Part shown: positions 9,649-19,266 of the stretch, piece after piece
Numbering within the stretch: the first letter of the stretch is position 1
How the letters are laid out: the number at the start of each line of letters is the position of its first letter
From: Candidatus Peribacteraceae bacterium
GTDB taxonomy: Bacteria; Patescibacteriota; Gracilibacteria; Peribacterales; Peribacteraceae
Assembly (NCBI GenBank): GCA_028718905.1
Contig: JAQUKV010000007.1
Coordinates: 588 to 64,587 of the forward strand
Direction of reading: 5' to 3'
Length of the DNA: 64,000 nt
Program-made: the position numbers and the translations under genes
The notes under the pieces: generated by a model
The model's input: the letters and a program-made list of their open reading frames with translations, nothing else
What the model was told of the DNA's origin: nothing
The model's database searches: none

Positions 9649-10662
9649 TTAGCAATCCGAGCCTCCGGTCATCAGACACTGGTAATAGCGCTCTCCGTCG
9701 GAGATATCGTTCTTCAGAGTGGACCACATGCGAGGGTCGGATTCCCCCTCATCCACGGTACCGTTCAGGTTTTTGTCTTCGCCCAGCACCTGCGTATTGC
9801 GTCCGGCTCCGATCTTCATCAGTCCGTCGGGCAATCCGTCGCGGTCGGTATCCCATTTGGTCGGATCAGTTTCCGTCGAATCGATGCGGCCGTTGTGATT
9901 GATATCTTCCAGGCCGTCGATCAGGCCGTCGCCGTCGGAATCCCGCCGCAGAGGGCTGGAATGAAGAAAGAAGACTTCGCGACCATCCGACACGCCGTCT
10001 CCGTCGCTGTCCGCAATTTCGGGATCGGTGTCGTACTCTTTCTCCACCTGATCGTTGGCTTCGTCATCGTCCGGATCGAGACCGATGGCGAGGGGCACCT
10101 GAGACATGATATAACAGATACTCCCCGGATCGAATGTTTCGATCTCATGCTCGATGCGGCCGGAAGGCCGCTGCCGCAGCTGATTGAGGTCCTCTTCCGT
10201 CAGGTTCTCCGGAACCGAAAAGCGCTCATTGAGCTGCCGTTTGTACTCGTCATCCCGTGCTTTGCGCTCCCCCTCCGAGAGAAATACTTTTCCGGGAAGA
10301 CGGTCGCTTGCCACGGATGCAGTCTGATCATAGTTCTCGGGCAGACAGTAGCCCCAGTAGCGTACGTCCGGATCGTACGAACCGAGAAGGATTCTGCGCA
10401 GGATCGGCTGCGTGTCTCCGGGCAGGGTGAAAATGACGTTTGTATCGGGGGGAATGGTCGCTCCGCTCTCCACCATGTTGGCGTCGATCACGCGCCATTG
10501 TACCTCCTTGCGGTAGGCGGCGGGCACCAGACGCCCTGCGAGAGGTGAGGAGTTTCCGTTGAATCCGAAGAATGCGTAACCCACAATCAGCAGACTCAGT
10601 CCGCCGAGCGAGAGGGTGCCAAATCCAAGGAATTTCCTCGAGAGTGATGCACTGAATGCCAT
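9649..10662 (-). CDS. N-terminally anchored protein with thrombospondin type-3-like Ca-binding repeats
   Basis: 337 aa. One N-terminal TM. Repeats DSDGDGVSDG, DSDGDGLIDGLEDINHNGRID and DTDRDGLPDG. Confidence 0.75.
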   Translation of the reverse strand: MAFSASLSRKFLGFGTLSLGGLSLLIVGYAFFGFNGNSSPLAGRLVPAAYRKEVQWRVIDANMVESGATIPPDTNVIFTLPGDTQPILRRILLGSYDPDVRYWGYCLPENYDQTASVASDRLPGKVFLSEGERKARDDEYKRQLNERFSVPENLTEEDLNQLRQRPSGRIEHEIETFDPGSICYIMSQVPLAIGLDPDDDEANDQVEKEYDTDPEIADSDGDGVSDGREVFFLHSSPLRRDSDGDGLIDGLEDINHNGRIDSTETDPTKWDTDRDGLPDGLMKIGAGRNTQVLGEDKNLNGTVDEGESDPRMWSTLKNDISDGERYYQCLMTGGSDC

Positions 10663-10883
10663 CGGACTATTCTATCACAAAAAGAGATGAGCTTCCACCC
10701 CGCACCAGGTGCCGACAGTAAGCCATATAAATGGATGATTTCAGCCATTCCCCCGTTTGCCGGATGCCACCGATGCGGGGTTCCGCAAAGCATCGTCGAA
10801 TGTGTAGCTACGAAATACTGCAGGTGTGATTAATGGAATCTTCACCCTTGCTTCCAAGCCTTTCCTTCGCGATCCTTGGGGGG

Positions 10884-11978
10884 ATGTCCAAGGATCTCTA
10901 TGCCGTTCTCGGCGTTCCGCGCAGTGCTTCGAAAGACGACATCAAGCGTGCATACCGGAAGTTGAGCAAAGAGCACCACCCCGACCGTCACAAGGGGGAC
11001 AAGGGGGCGGAACAAAAATTCAAGGAAGTGAATGAGGCCTATGAGGTGTTGAGTGACGAAAAGAAACGTGCGATGTATGACCAGTTCGGTTCCACGGGGG
11101 GGCCGGCCGGATCCGGCGGTGCCAGAGGAGGGGCCGGGCCGTTCGGCGGGTTCAATTTCTCGGGTTTCAACGCGGAGGATCTGGGAGGATTCGGTGACCT
11201 CTTCGAGTCCTTCTTCGGTGGGGGCGGGGCGCGGAGGGGAAAGCGTGAACAGAAGGGGCGTGATCTGCAGATCGAAATCGAAGTCGTATTCACAGACGTC
11301 GTGACGGGTGCCGACCGGACTCTCACCTTGGAGCGCCAGCGTGCCTGTACGAAGTGCGGAGGATCCGGGGCCGAGGGGGGGACGAAGCAGGTGACGTGCA
11401 GCGAGTGCAACGGGACGGGCGAGGTGACGCGTACCACGCAGTCGTTCTTCGGCACTTTCCGGCAGGCGGCGGTCTGCGAAAAATGCGGCGGGTCGGGCAA
11501 GACGAGCGAGCATCCGTGCAAGGCGTGCGGCGGTGACGGGCGGGTCCGTTCGCATGAGCCCGTCACGATCCACATTCCGGCAGGCATGCAGGACGGGCAG
11601 ACACTGCGCGTGCGCGGCGAGGGCGAAGCGGGGCTCAAAGGTGCCGCAGTCGGCGATCTGTATGTCACGGTGCGCGTGCGGCCCGATCCCGCGTTCGAGC
11701 GTGACGGCGATGACATCCGTTCCGCCGTTTCCATTCCCGTGACAGAGGCACTGCTCGGCGCCGAGATTTCCGTTGCGACCGTGCGCGAATCCGTGACGCT
11801 CAAGATTCCGGCAGGCACGCAGCCGGGGCAGATCTTCCGCCTCAAGGGCAAGGGTATGCCGGTGCTCAATACCAGCCGTTTCGGCGATCACTACGTGACG
11901 GTGCATGTCGAAATCCCCACACGCTTGAGCAGGGCGGAGCAGAAACTTTTGGAAGAGTGGAAGAAGATGCGGGGGTGA
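10884..11978 (+). CDS. dnaJ: Molecular chaperone DnaJ
   Basis: J domain DLYAVLGVPRSASKDDIKRAYRKLSKEHHPD, a G/F region, and four CxxCxGxG zinc motifs. The start is taken at the ATG at 10884. Confidence 0.9.
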   Translation: MSKDLYAVLGVPRSASKDDIKRAYRKLSKEHHPDRHKGDKGAEQKFKEVNEAYEVLSDEKKRAMYDQFGSTGGPAGSGGARGGAGPFGGFNFSGFNAEDLGGFGDLFESFFGGGGARRGKREQKGRDLQIEIEVVFTDVVTGADRTLTLERQRACTKCGGSGAEGGTKQVTCSECNGTGEVTRTTQSFFGTFRQAAVCEKCGGSGKTSEHPCKACGGDGRVRSHEPVTIHIPAGMQDGQTLRVRGEGEAGLKGAAVGDLYVTVRVRPDPAFERDGDDIRSAVSIPVTEALLGAEISVATVRESVTLKIPAGTQPGQIFRLKGKGMPVLNTSRFGDHYVTVHVEIPTRLSRAEQKLLEEWKKMRG

Positions 11979-12040
11979 GGCCGCGAATGAAGAATGGATA
12001 ATTGAAAATAGAAAGAGAGAAATGATGATAACCTGACAGT

Positions 12041-12544
12041 ATGGCCGTTCGCATCGTTCCCTACTCCTCCGAAGATCGTGCAGAACTTGAACGTCTGATC
12101 ACCGAATTGCAAGGGTACATTGCGGAGATTGATCCTGAGAAACAGACGCGGCCCAAAGAGGAATTCAATGCGAAGCGGTATGTGGCGTTGTTGCTGGAAA
12201 AAGTAAAAGAAGGCCGCGGGTATGTGTTGTTGGCGGCAGACGGCGAAAAAAGAATCGGGTGCATTGCGGGGATTGTGCGCGCGCAACCATCTGAACAAGA
12301 TTTCATTGAAGGGTACCCGGTAAAGATCGGGGACATTCTGGAATTGGTTGTGGAGGAAAAGCATAGAGGAAAAAAGGTCGGAGAACTTTTGGTGGCAGAA
12401 TTGGAACAGATCTTTCAGAAGGCAGGATGCCAGATCATTCATGTGTCCTGCTTTGCTCCAAATATTCCCGCGCATCGATTTTATCTTCAGCAGGGATATT
12501 TCGATCGAAACATCGATCTATGGAAGAATGTGTTTGATCAGTGA
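12041..12544 (+). CDS. GNAT-family N-acetyltransferase
   Basis: 167 aa. The acetyl-CoA motif LVVEEKHRGKKVGELLVAELE is R/Q-x-x-G-x-G/A-like. Confidence 0.75.
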   Translation: MAVRIVPYSSEDRAELERLITELQGYIAEIDPEKQTRPKEEFNAKRYVALLLEKVKEGRGYVLLAADGEKRIGCIAGIVRAQPSEQDFIEGYPVKIGDILELVVEEKHRGKKVGELLVAELEQIFQKAGCQIIHVSCFAPNIPAHRFYLQQGYFDRNIDLWKNVFDQ

Positions 12545-12570
12545 TTGTCGCGGAGCGATATAAATAATTT

Positions 12571-12659
12571 GTGGCGAAGGCGGGCTTTGCCTGCCTGGAG
12601 CCACACCTTTTAGGGAAAAGGTGGATCGTGGAGGAAAAACCGCAGGTTTGTCCTCCACG
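12571..12659 (+). ncRNA. Structured-RNA-like element, copy A
   Basis: GTGGC-GAA-[GGCGGGCTTTGCCTGCC]-TGGA-GCCAC-ACCTTTTAGGGAAAAGG-TGGAT-[CGTGGAGGA AAAACCGCAGGTTTG TCCTCCACG]. Confidence 0.6.
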
Positions 12660-13217
12660 CTAAACATCCAGATTCTCAAACCCCTTTTCCTCGGATGTTG
12701 CTTCCGCCATCACCGGATTCAGCTCTTCGCCGACCGCCGGACCTTTCTTGCCCTTCGATCTCAGTACGACTTGCCGGTAGTCCCCCTCGCCGATCGATTC
12801 GGTCGTGAGATCCTGGAACTGCGGATTACTCGCAATGTGCAGATGCACGATGCGGCGGAAGTACGGACTCATGGGCGCCAGCGCCACGCGGGTCCCCGTC
12901 CGGCGCACGAAATCGGCCTTGTTCTCGGCCATCTTCTTTACCTTGTCCTCCTGCTCGCGGCGGTAGCCGTCGACATCGAGGACGAGGAACGGACTCTTCT
13001 CCAGATTCTCTTTGCTTCGCAGGATCGATTTCAGAAGGTGCTGAACGGAGTTCAGTGTTTCGCCGTGCCAGCCGATCAGGCGGCTTGCTGCCGAAGAGGT
13101 AATGTCCACGCGCGTAAATCCCTCTCCCTCCGTTTCGTTCACCGTGATCGTGTCGAACGGCAGATCGAGGAGCTTTAAGAGGTTGCCGAGGATGTCCTGA
13201 ATCAATGCAGCGTTCAT
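12660..13217 (-). CDS. jag: Jag/KhpB-type RNA-binding protein (KH + R3H domains)
   Basis: 185 aa. The R3H region is PMSPYFRRIVHLHIASNPQFQDLTTESIGEGDYRQVVL. Confidence 0.8.
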   Translation of the reverse strand: MNAALIQDILGNLLKLLDLPFDTITVNETEGEGFTRVDITSSAASRLIGWHGETLNSVQHLLKSILRSKENLEKSPFLVLDVDGYRREQEDKVKKMAENKADFVRRTGTRVALAPMSPYFRRIVHLHIASNPQFQDLTTESIGEGDYRQVVLRSKGKKGPAVGEELNPVMAEATSEEKGFENLDV

Positions 13218-13254
13218 CGGGAACGAAGAATAGCGATGCGCAAAGAGTTTGGGA

Positions 13255-13343
13255 AGCAGTAAGCAGTTCGTATTACGCAGAACGCATTCTCTGCGAGTGC
13301 CCTATTGATGCAATGCTCGCTGCGTACTGCTTTCTGCTTACTA
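13255..13343. repeat. GCAGTAN heptamer-word hairpin, copy ii
   Basis: AGCAGTAAGCAGTTCGTATTACGCAG ... CTGCGTACTGCTTTCTGCTTACT, between jag and the HU gene. Confidence 0.8.
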
Positions 13344-13397
13344 CGAAAAGAACCTCCGTTTTCACGGAGGCTCTCTTCTTAAGAACCAAATTCGAAT

Positions 13398-13673
13398 TTA
13401 CCGGACGGCGTCCTTGAGGGTCTTGCCGGCCTTGAAGGACGGCACCTTCATCGCGGGGATGGAGATCCTCTGCGTGGGGTTCCTCGGGTTCACACCCATG
13501 CGGGCGGCACGCTTACTGACCTTGAAGGTTCCGAAGCCCGTGATCGTCACGGTGTTGCCACGCTTGAGCTCCTTGGTGACGAGCGTGATCAGGGAATCGA
13601 GCGACGAAGCAGCGGCGCGCTTGGTGATGCCGGCTGCATCCGCGATCGCGTTGATGAGATCCTGCTTGGACAT
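13398..13673 (-). CDS. HU-family nucleoid DNA-binding protein
   Basis: 91 aa. MSKQDLINAIADAAGITKRAA...GFGTFKVSKRAARMGVNPRNPTQRISIPA. Confidence 0.9.
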   Translation of the reverse strand: MSKQDLINAIADAAGITKRAAASSLDSLITLVTKELKRGNTVTITGFGTFKVSKRAARMGVNPRNPTQRISIPAMKVPSFKAGKTLKDAVR

Positions 13674-14055
13674 AACGGATGGGGGAAGGAGAAGTAAATC
13701 GCCCTCAGTGTACGAGCGGGGAGGGCTTAGGCAAGCCCTTCGACAAGCTCAGGGCAGGCCACGCAGTGTTGTGACGCTGTGTTTTTCGCTTAACGTCGTC
13801 AGTTTGGCTCAAGGAAGCCAAATCCTTTTGAGCACTAAAGGTAGTCAGTCCGGAGTGATTTCTTCGGTGATTGAGTCACATTTTTTCGTATGAAGCAACT
13901 TTTCCTCTTTCGTGACGAAGAGTGGTGGATGTGTCTTTCTCTTTGACACCCGCTCACTTCACCCACTAGTCTCTCGCCCTGAACCACTCGCGCTCGGGTT
14001 CAGGGCAAGCCCTGATCTCTTCCGATTTCCTCGCCCCTCAATTCCAAAAATCTTC

Positions 14056-16419
14056 ATGCCTTCTCATCTCGTCATCGTCGAGAGTCCCACGAAGGCCAAA
14101 ACCATCAAGCGTTTTCTTGGAAAAGATTTTGATGTCGAAGCCAGTATGGGGCACGTGCGCGACCTGCCCGAAGGGTCACTCGGCGTGGATACGGAAGATT
14201 TTTCCGCCAAGTACGTGATTCCGAAAGAGAAGGCGACCGTGGTGAAAAAGCTCCAAAAATCCCTCGATTCGGCTTCCGATCTCTGGATCGCGACTGACGA
14301 AGATCGCGAGGGGGAAGCCATCGGCTGGCATCTGGTTGAGATTCTCAAACGCAAGAAAAAACAGCCGGTGAAGCGCATCGTCTTCCATGAAATCACCAAA
14401 GAGGCGATTGATGCCGCGGTCGCGCATCCGCGTCAGATCGACGAGAAGCTGGTGGATGCGCAGCACGCCCGCCGGATTTTGGACCGCCTTGTCGGCTACA
14501 CGCTCTCCCCTTTTCTGTGGAAGAAGGTGTACCGCGGGCTCTCGGCCGGACGCGTGCAGTCAGTGGCGGTGCGGATCATCGTCGACCGCGAGCGGGCCAT
14601 CAAGGCATTCAAAGCGGAGGAGTACTGGACGGTCAAAGCTGATCTCATCGGTGACGCGAAGCAGCCGTTCTCCGCTGATTTGAAACAGAAAGACGGCAAG
14701 AAGTTTGTGCCGGTGAGTGAAGCAGAGGCCGCGCAGGTGCTTGCCGATCTGAAGGGCGTTCCCTTCTCCGTTCAGACTCTGGAAGAGAAGGAAGTGAAGA
14801 AGACGCCTCCCCCTCCCTTCACCACGTCGACGCTGCAGCAGGAGGCCGGACGCAAACTGGGTTTCAGTGTGAAGCAGACCATGATGGTCGCGCAGCAACT
14901 CTATGAAGGCGTGGATCTGGGCAAGGGCGAAGGACATGTGGGTCTGATCACCTACATGCGTACCGACTCGGTGAACCTGAGTGACAAGGCGTTGAGTGAT
15001 GCCCGCGAGACGATCCAGAAGCACTACGGTCGCGAGTACATCCTCTCTTCTCCGCGCAAGTACAAGACGAAGAGCAAGGGCGCACAAGAGGCGCACGAGG
15101 CCATCCGTCCCAGCGAGATGTCGCGTGTACCCGAATCACTCAAAGATGTCCTCGATCAGCAGCAACTGAAGCTCTATACCCTCATCTGGGAGCGTGCGAT
15201 CGCATCGCAGATGGCCGAGGCGCAGCTCAAGCGCGTGGGTGCCGATATCGTGGCTGCCGCGTACACATTCCGCGCGACGGGGCAGACGATTGCCTTTGAC
15301 GGTTACCTGCGCGTGTACCTTGAGGGACGCGACGAACCGGAATCGCATCAGGCTGCCGCCGAAGAGGAAGAAGGCTCGAGCGTGCTCCCGCCGATGAAAG
15401 AAGGCGAAGCGCTCGACTGCAAAGCCCTGCTGCCCGAGCAACACTTCACCAAGCCGCCGCCACGCTTTACCGAGGCGAGCCTCGTCAAAAAGCTCGAGGA
15501 GGAGGGCATCGGCCGTCCCTCGACGTACGCCCCGACGATCTCGGTGATCCAGCAGCGCGGCTACATCAAGAAGGAGGGGAAACAGCTGATTCCCGAAGAC
15601 ATCGCCTTCACGGTGACGGATCTGCTCACGGAACACTTTCCGGATATCGTGGATCTCACGTTCACCGCCAAAATGGAGCAGTCACTCGATGATATCGCGG
15701 AGGCCGATCTCAAATCCGTCACCTTCCTCAAGGGCTTCTACAAACCATTCGCAAAGCTCATCAAGTCCAAGACCGATGAAGTGCAGAAGGGCGATGTGCT
15801 CAAGGACCGCGTGATCGGCATCGATCCCGAAACGGGGCTCGAAGTGCTGGCGCGCACCGGTCGCTTCGGTCCATACATCCAGCTGGGACACATCGAGCTC
15901 AAGAAAGGCGAGAAACTCAAAAATATCCCCAAGCCCAAGAGTGCCTCCATCCCAAAAAATATCGGAAAAGACGCCATCACGTTGGAGCAGGCGCTCTCGC
16001 TCCTCGCATTTCCGCGTACGCTCGGCGAGAAAGACGGCAAGACGATCGAGGTGCATCTGGGGCGCTTCGGCCCGTATATCAAGTGGGGCGAAGCCACATC
16101 GTCGCTCGGCAAGGAACTCGATCCGGCCAAGGTGACGAAAGAGGAGGCGATTGCCTATCTGGCTTCCGCCAAAGAGCGCAAGACGCAGGCAGCCGAACCC
16201 CTGCGAACCCTCGGCTCTGATCCGGTGACGGGCGCGGAAATCCAAGTGAAGACCGGCCGGTACGGTCCCTATGTGACCGATGGCAAAACCAATTGTTCCC
16301 TGCCCAAACGTTTCACGCCCGAGGCGGTGACACTGGAAGAAGCGAGCGATCTTCTCGCCAAGAAGCGTGCACGCGGGCCGGGCAAGCGGTGGGGTGGGTG
16401 GAAGAAGAAGGGCGCATAG
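14056..16419 (+). CDS. topA: DNA topoisomerase I
   Basis: Toprim start MPSHLVIVESPTKAKTIKRFLG at the ATG at 14056, plus IATDEDREGEAI, an active-site YMRTDS region, and a basic C-terminal tail. Confidence 0.9.
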   Translation: MPSHLVIVESPTKAKTIKRFLGKDFDVEASMGHVRDLPEGSLGVDTEDFSAKYVIPKEKATVVKKLQKSLDSASDLWIATDEDREGEAIGWHLVEILKRKKKQPVKRIVFHEITKEAIDAAVAHPRQIDEKLVDAQHARRILDRLVGYTLSPFLWKKVYRGLSAGRVQSVAVRIIVDRERAIKAFKAEEYWTVKADLIGDAKQPFSADLKQKDGKKFVPVSEAEAAQVLADLKGVPFSVQTLEEKEVKKTPPPPFTTSTLQQEAGRKLGFSVKQTMMVAQQLYEGVDLGKGEGHVGLITYMRTDSVNLSDKALSDARETIQKHYGREYILSSPRKYKTKSKGAQEAHEAIRPSEMSRVPESLKDVLDQQQLKLYTLIWERAIASQMAEAQLKRVGADIVAAAYTFRATGQTIAFDGYLRVYLEGRDEPESHQAAAEEEEGSSVLPPMKEGEALDCKALLPEQHFTKPPPRFTEASLVKKLEEEGIGRPSTYAPTISVIQQRGYIKKEGKQLIPEDIAFTVTDLLTEHFPDIVDLTFTAKMEQSLDDIAEADLKSVTFLKGFYKPFAKLIKSKTDEVQKGDVLKDRVIGIDPETGLEVLARTGRFGPYIQLGHIELKKGEKLKNIPKPKSASIPKNIGKDAITLEQALSLLAFPRTLGEKDGKTIEVHLGRFGPYIKWGEATSSLGKELDPAKVTKEEAIAYLASAKERKTQAAEPLRTLGSDPVTGAEIQVKTGRYGPYVTDGKTNCSLPKRFTPEAVTLEEASDLLAKKRARGPGKRWGGWKKKGA

Positions 16420-16486
16420 GCACAAATGCCTATGGTTCTTCTTATCTACCCTCCCTTTCAATAAACCGATAAGATGTTAATGACTT

Positions 16487-16562
16487 AGGCGCGTAGCTCA
16501 GCTGGTAGAGCACAGGTCTCCAAAACCTGGGGTCGTAGGTTCGAGCCCTACCGCGCCTGCCA
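16487..16562 (+). tRNA. tRNA-Trp (anticodon CCA)
   Basis: Hand-folded cloverleaf. Acceptor AGGCGCG/CGCGCCT, anticodon stem CAGGT/ACCTG with loop CTCCAAA, T arm GTAGG-TTCGAGC-CCTAC, and an encoded CCA. Confidence 0.9.
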
Positions 16563-16656
16563 TATCAGGTCCATCTGATTCGGTGTCGAGAAAAATAATC
16601 ATCGCCGATTTCACGGAGATGCGCTACACTTTCGCACTGTTCCTTCCCCCTGTTGC

Positions 16657-16944
16657 ATGGACATCACCACGTTGCTCCAGGCGCTGCCGCAGGCAGTCTT
16701 CACGCCGGAGTTTTTTATGGTTTGCGTACTCGTCTTCTTCATCTGCGAAGCGCTGTTCAAGATTCCGCAGCTCGCAGCGATGGAGTGGGGCAAGCCCGTG
16801 ACGGCGCTGGTCATCGGTGCGCTCTTGAGCGTTCTGGAAGTCGGCCTCACGCCGGATGCCGTGCTCGTCGGCCTTGTGGCGGGCGGCATGACCACGCTCT
16901 CGGTGGACCGTCTGGATCGCTGGCTTATCAAAAAGAAGAAGTAG
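16657..16944 (+). CDS. Small three-TM membrane protein with basic C-tail (holin-like)
   Basis: 95 aa with three hydrophobic segments, ending DRLDRWLIKKKK. The holin call rests on size, topology and charge pattern only. Confidence 0.55.
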   Translation: MDITTLLQALPQAVFTPEFFMVCVLVFFICEALFKIPQLAAMEWGKPVTALVIGALLSVLEVGLTPDAVLVGLVAGGMTTLSVDRLDRWLIKKKK

Positions 16945-16980
16945 TAGTGTTTCAGAAAGATCATTGATTGCCTTCGTGCA

Positions 16981-18297
16981 TTACTGAACGCGCTCCGCGG
17001 ACAGAAAGCTGTTTGTACGAAGAATGCTTTCTGCCGATCCGGAGCTATTCTGTGCCCACTGAAGCTGCACTGTGCCGGGGGTCGAACCCGTTGAAACCAG
17101 GCCATGTACGATGTATGGCGTATCTTCACCGGTGCCCGCGATTTTGGTGATCTCGGCTCCGCAGGATATGACGGAGCCCCCAGTTGAGCCGTTCGCATCA
17201 CTTACGGATGTGAGACAGGTGGAATCTTCGGGAGCGACCACCGCAAAGCGGAAATCCCGCGATGTGCTGCTATTCCCCACCAGATGCATTTCGAAAATCC
17301 ATGTCTGGTTTGCTCCGACAGCGAAGAAGAGGTGATTGTCATTTTGCAGTGCAGTGGAGTTCGTCACGGTTTCGTCATTTGTCTTTCGCGCAAAGGTGAA
17401 CGGCTGTGTCCAGGTGAGCTGCCCCGCCCCGTTCGTTGCGAGAAAACGTCCCGAAGCTGTTCCATCCGCTGTGGGGAATGTATAGGCGACACCATTGAGT
17501 TTTACCGTGCCCCCAAGGGTTGCCGCTCCGTTCACCTTCAGTGTTCCCGATCCGCTGATATTACCAGTGGTGCCGATATTGCCTGAGACCAGAAGATCCT
17601 TGGAGAGCTCGAACCGCTTTGCCGTGTTATTGAATTTCAGCGTTTCCGGTCCCGCTTGGTTCCCGAAGGTGAGAACGGTATCTGTTTCTGCCTGGTCCGC
17701 GTTGATAGTGAAATTTGGCAGATTCGTTCCGCTTCCCATCCGTGCAATCTCCACTTTCCCGTCACTTCCCAGTAGCAGAATGCTCCCTGATTTCGTTCCC
17801 GGGCTGCGGTTTTGGAGGGTTTCTGCATTCAGCGCATATGCGACGGATCCGATGGATGTCCGGTCCACGGTATCCGTTCCGGCATCGCCGGTGGGATCGA
17901 GCAGCTGGAAAGCAGCATCCGGCTGTGCGGCGGATTTTATTTCCACTTGCAGGTACTTGTGCTGATTGAAATCGATCTGAGGCAGTGCAGTGGTGCTCCC
18001 CAATTGCACATTCACGATGCCGTTCGTTGTGGGGGTGGCGGCCTGTACCTCAGACCATCCCCCGTACATAGGCGATGCGATATTGATGGAACCGCTTGCA
18101 GTATCTCCCGCCGTCCAGTCCGCATCTTTCCAGAGCGAGAAGCGCAATATCAGAGACGTCGTGATCGGCCGACGTGAGGCATCCAGAATTCTTCCTTCAT
18201 AGAGCAGAGAATGTGGAACGGTTGACGCGTGCGCCGTTGCTGTACCGCCGAGTAACGAGAGAAACAAGGCCGCTGTAAGGATATGTTTGCATTTCAT
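16981..18297 (-). CDS. Secreted beta-rich protein, tail-fibre-like
   Basis: The start is taken at MKCKHILTAALFLSLLGGTATAHA (signal peptide). Gly/Thr/Asn-rich repeats include LNGVAYTFPTADGTASGRFLATNGAGQLTW. ATGA overlap with the upstream gene. Confidence 0.7.
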   Translation of the reverse strand: MKCKHILTAALFLSLLGGTATAHASTVPHSLLYEGRILDASRRPITTSLILRFSLWKDADWTAGDTASGSINIASPMYGGWSEVQAATPTTNGIVNVQLGSTTALPQIDFNQHKYLQVEIKSAAQPDAAFQLLDPTGDAGTDTVDRTSIGSVAYALNAETLQNRSPGTKSGSILLLGSDGKVEIARMGSGTNLPNFTINADQAETDTVLTFGNQAGPETLKFNNTAKRFELSKDLLVSGNIGTTGNISGSGTLKVNGAATLGGTVKLNGVAYTFPTADGTASGRFLATNGAGQLTWTQPFTFARKTNDETVTNSTALQNDNHLFFAVGANQTWIFEMHLVGNSSTSRDFRFAVVAPEDSTCLTSVSDANGSTGGSVISCGAEITKIAGTGEDTPYIVHGLVSTGSTPGTVQLQWAQNSSGSAESILRTNSFLSAERVQ

Positions 18298-19214
18298 ATT
18301 CGTTTCTTTGAATGGTTGGCTTGGTGTCGTTGGCGTGAAGAAACACGAGAAGACCGTCTGTGCGTGGAGAGGGCTGCAGATCCTTGTCTGCATCCTCCCT
18401 GCAGCCATTGCATCAGTATAATCGCAAGGCCGAGCATTGCGACGCCGAGGAAGCCGACATTATTTGGTACTCTGGGCGACAGAATCGATGCGAGGAGGCT
18501 CCATGAAGTTTCCGGTGGTTCCATACCGGGGTCAGAGGCTGTTTCCGTCAGGGTGGCAGATGCAGAGGCGGAAAGCATGGACGGAATCGGTCGCGCAACA
18601 TAGCGTGGCAGGCTTCTTTCTTTTTGTTTCGGCAGTGTGGATTTCGGTTTCAATATCAGCGTCGTATTCTCGGTTGGCAGAGGCAGGTCATCAGATACGA
18701 CGATGAGCCGGAGAGCTTCTGCAACGGACGGGATAGCCGCTGATTCCTGTCCTTTATGTTCGGCAGAGGCCGTGGTCGTTGTCACGGCATTGATGTTGGC
18801 TCCCCTGCGGCCTCCCGTACTTTCGTTCTGTATTTCTTCTGCGGCAGCAGTTTCCTTTATACAATCAATACTCTCTATTGTGCAGGTCTCGGTGCATTGC
18901 AGGTTTCCGGCGGAAAACCCCATGCTCTGGCAGCTGATGGAACCGAATTCATTACCGTCGCAGTCCTCATCTCCTTCCCGAATGCCGTCGCCACACTGGG
19001 GAACGATTGCCGGAACATCCACCTGCATTGTCGTTCCGTTGCCTGCTCCCGGCAGCGAAACCACTCCTCCCTCGACGAAAAATTGATTCGTACTCAGTGT
19101 GCTCGTTTCGCCTTGCACGCTCTGATAGTCCAAGACGAAATCATGGGCACAAACCTGCCGGCTGCAGGCCAGCATCCCTACTGCGCAGGCTATGAACATA
19201 TGGGAGCAATGCAT
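18294..19214 (-). CDS. Secreted protein with Cys-rich repeat and C-terminal TM anchor
   Basis: 306 aa. Signal peptide. CGDGIREGDEDCDGNEFGSISCQSMGFSAGNLQCTETCTIESIDC resembles the myxococcal-type cysteine-rich repeat. TM segment VGFLGVAMLGLAIILMQWL. Confidence 0.65.
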   Translation of the reverse strand: MHCSHMFIACAVGMLACSRQVCAHDFVLDYQSVQGETSTLSTNQFFVEGGVVSLPGAGNGTTMQVDVPAIVPQCGDGIREGDEDCDGNEFGSISCQSMGFSAGNLQCTETCTIESIDCIKETAAAEEIQNESTGGRRGANINAVTTTTASAEHKGQESAAIPSVAEALRLIVVSDDLPLPTENTTLILKPKSTLPKQKERSLPRYVARPIPSMLSASASATLTETASDPGMEPPETSWSLLASILSPRVPNNVGFLGVAMLGLAIILMQWLQGGCRQGSAALSTHRRSSRVSSRQRHQANHSKKRI

Positions 19215-19266
19215 TGTTGGATTGCGGGTTATGTATTTTCAACACTATTATATAATAAATCAAATT

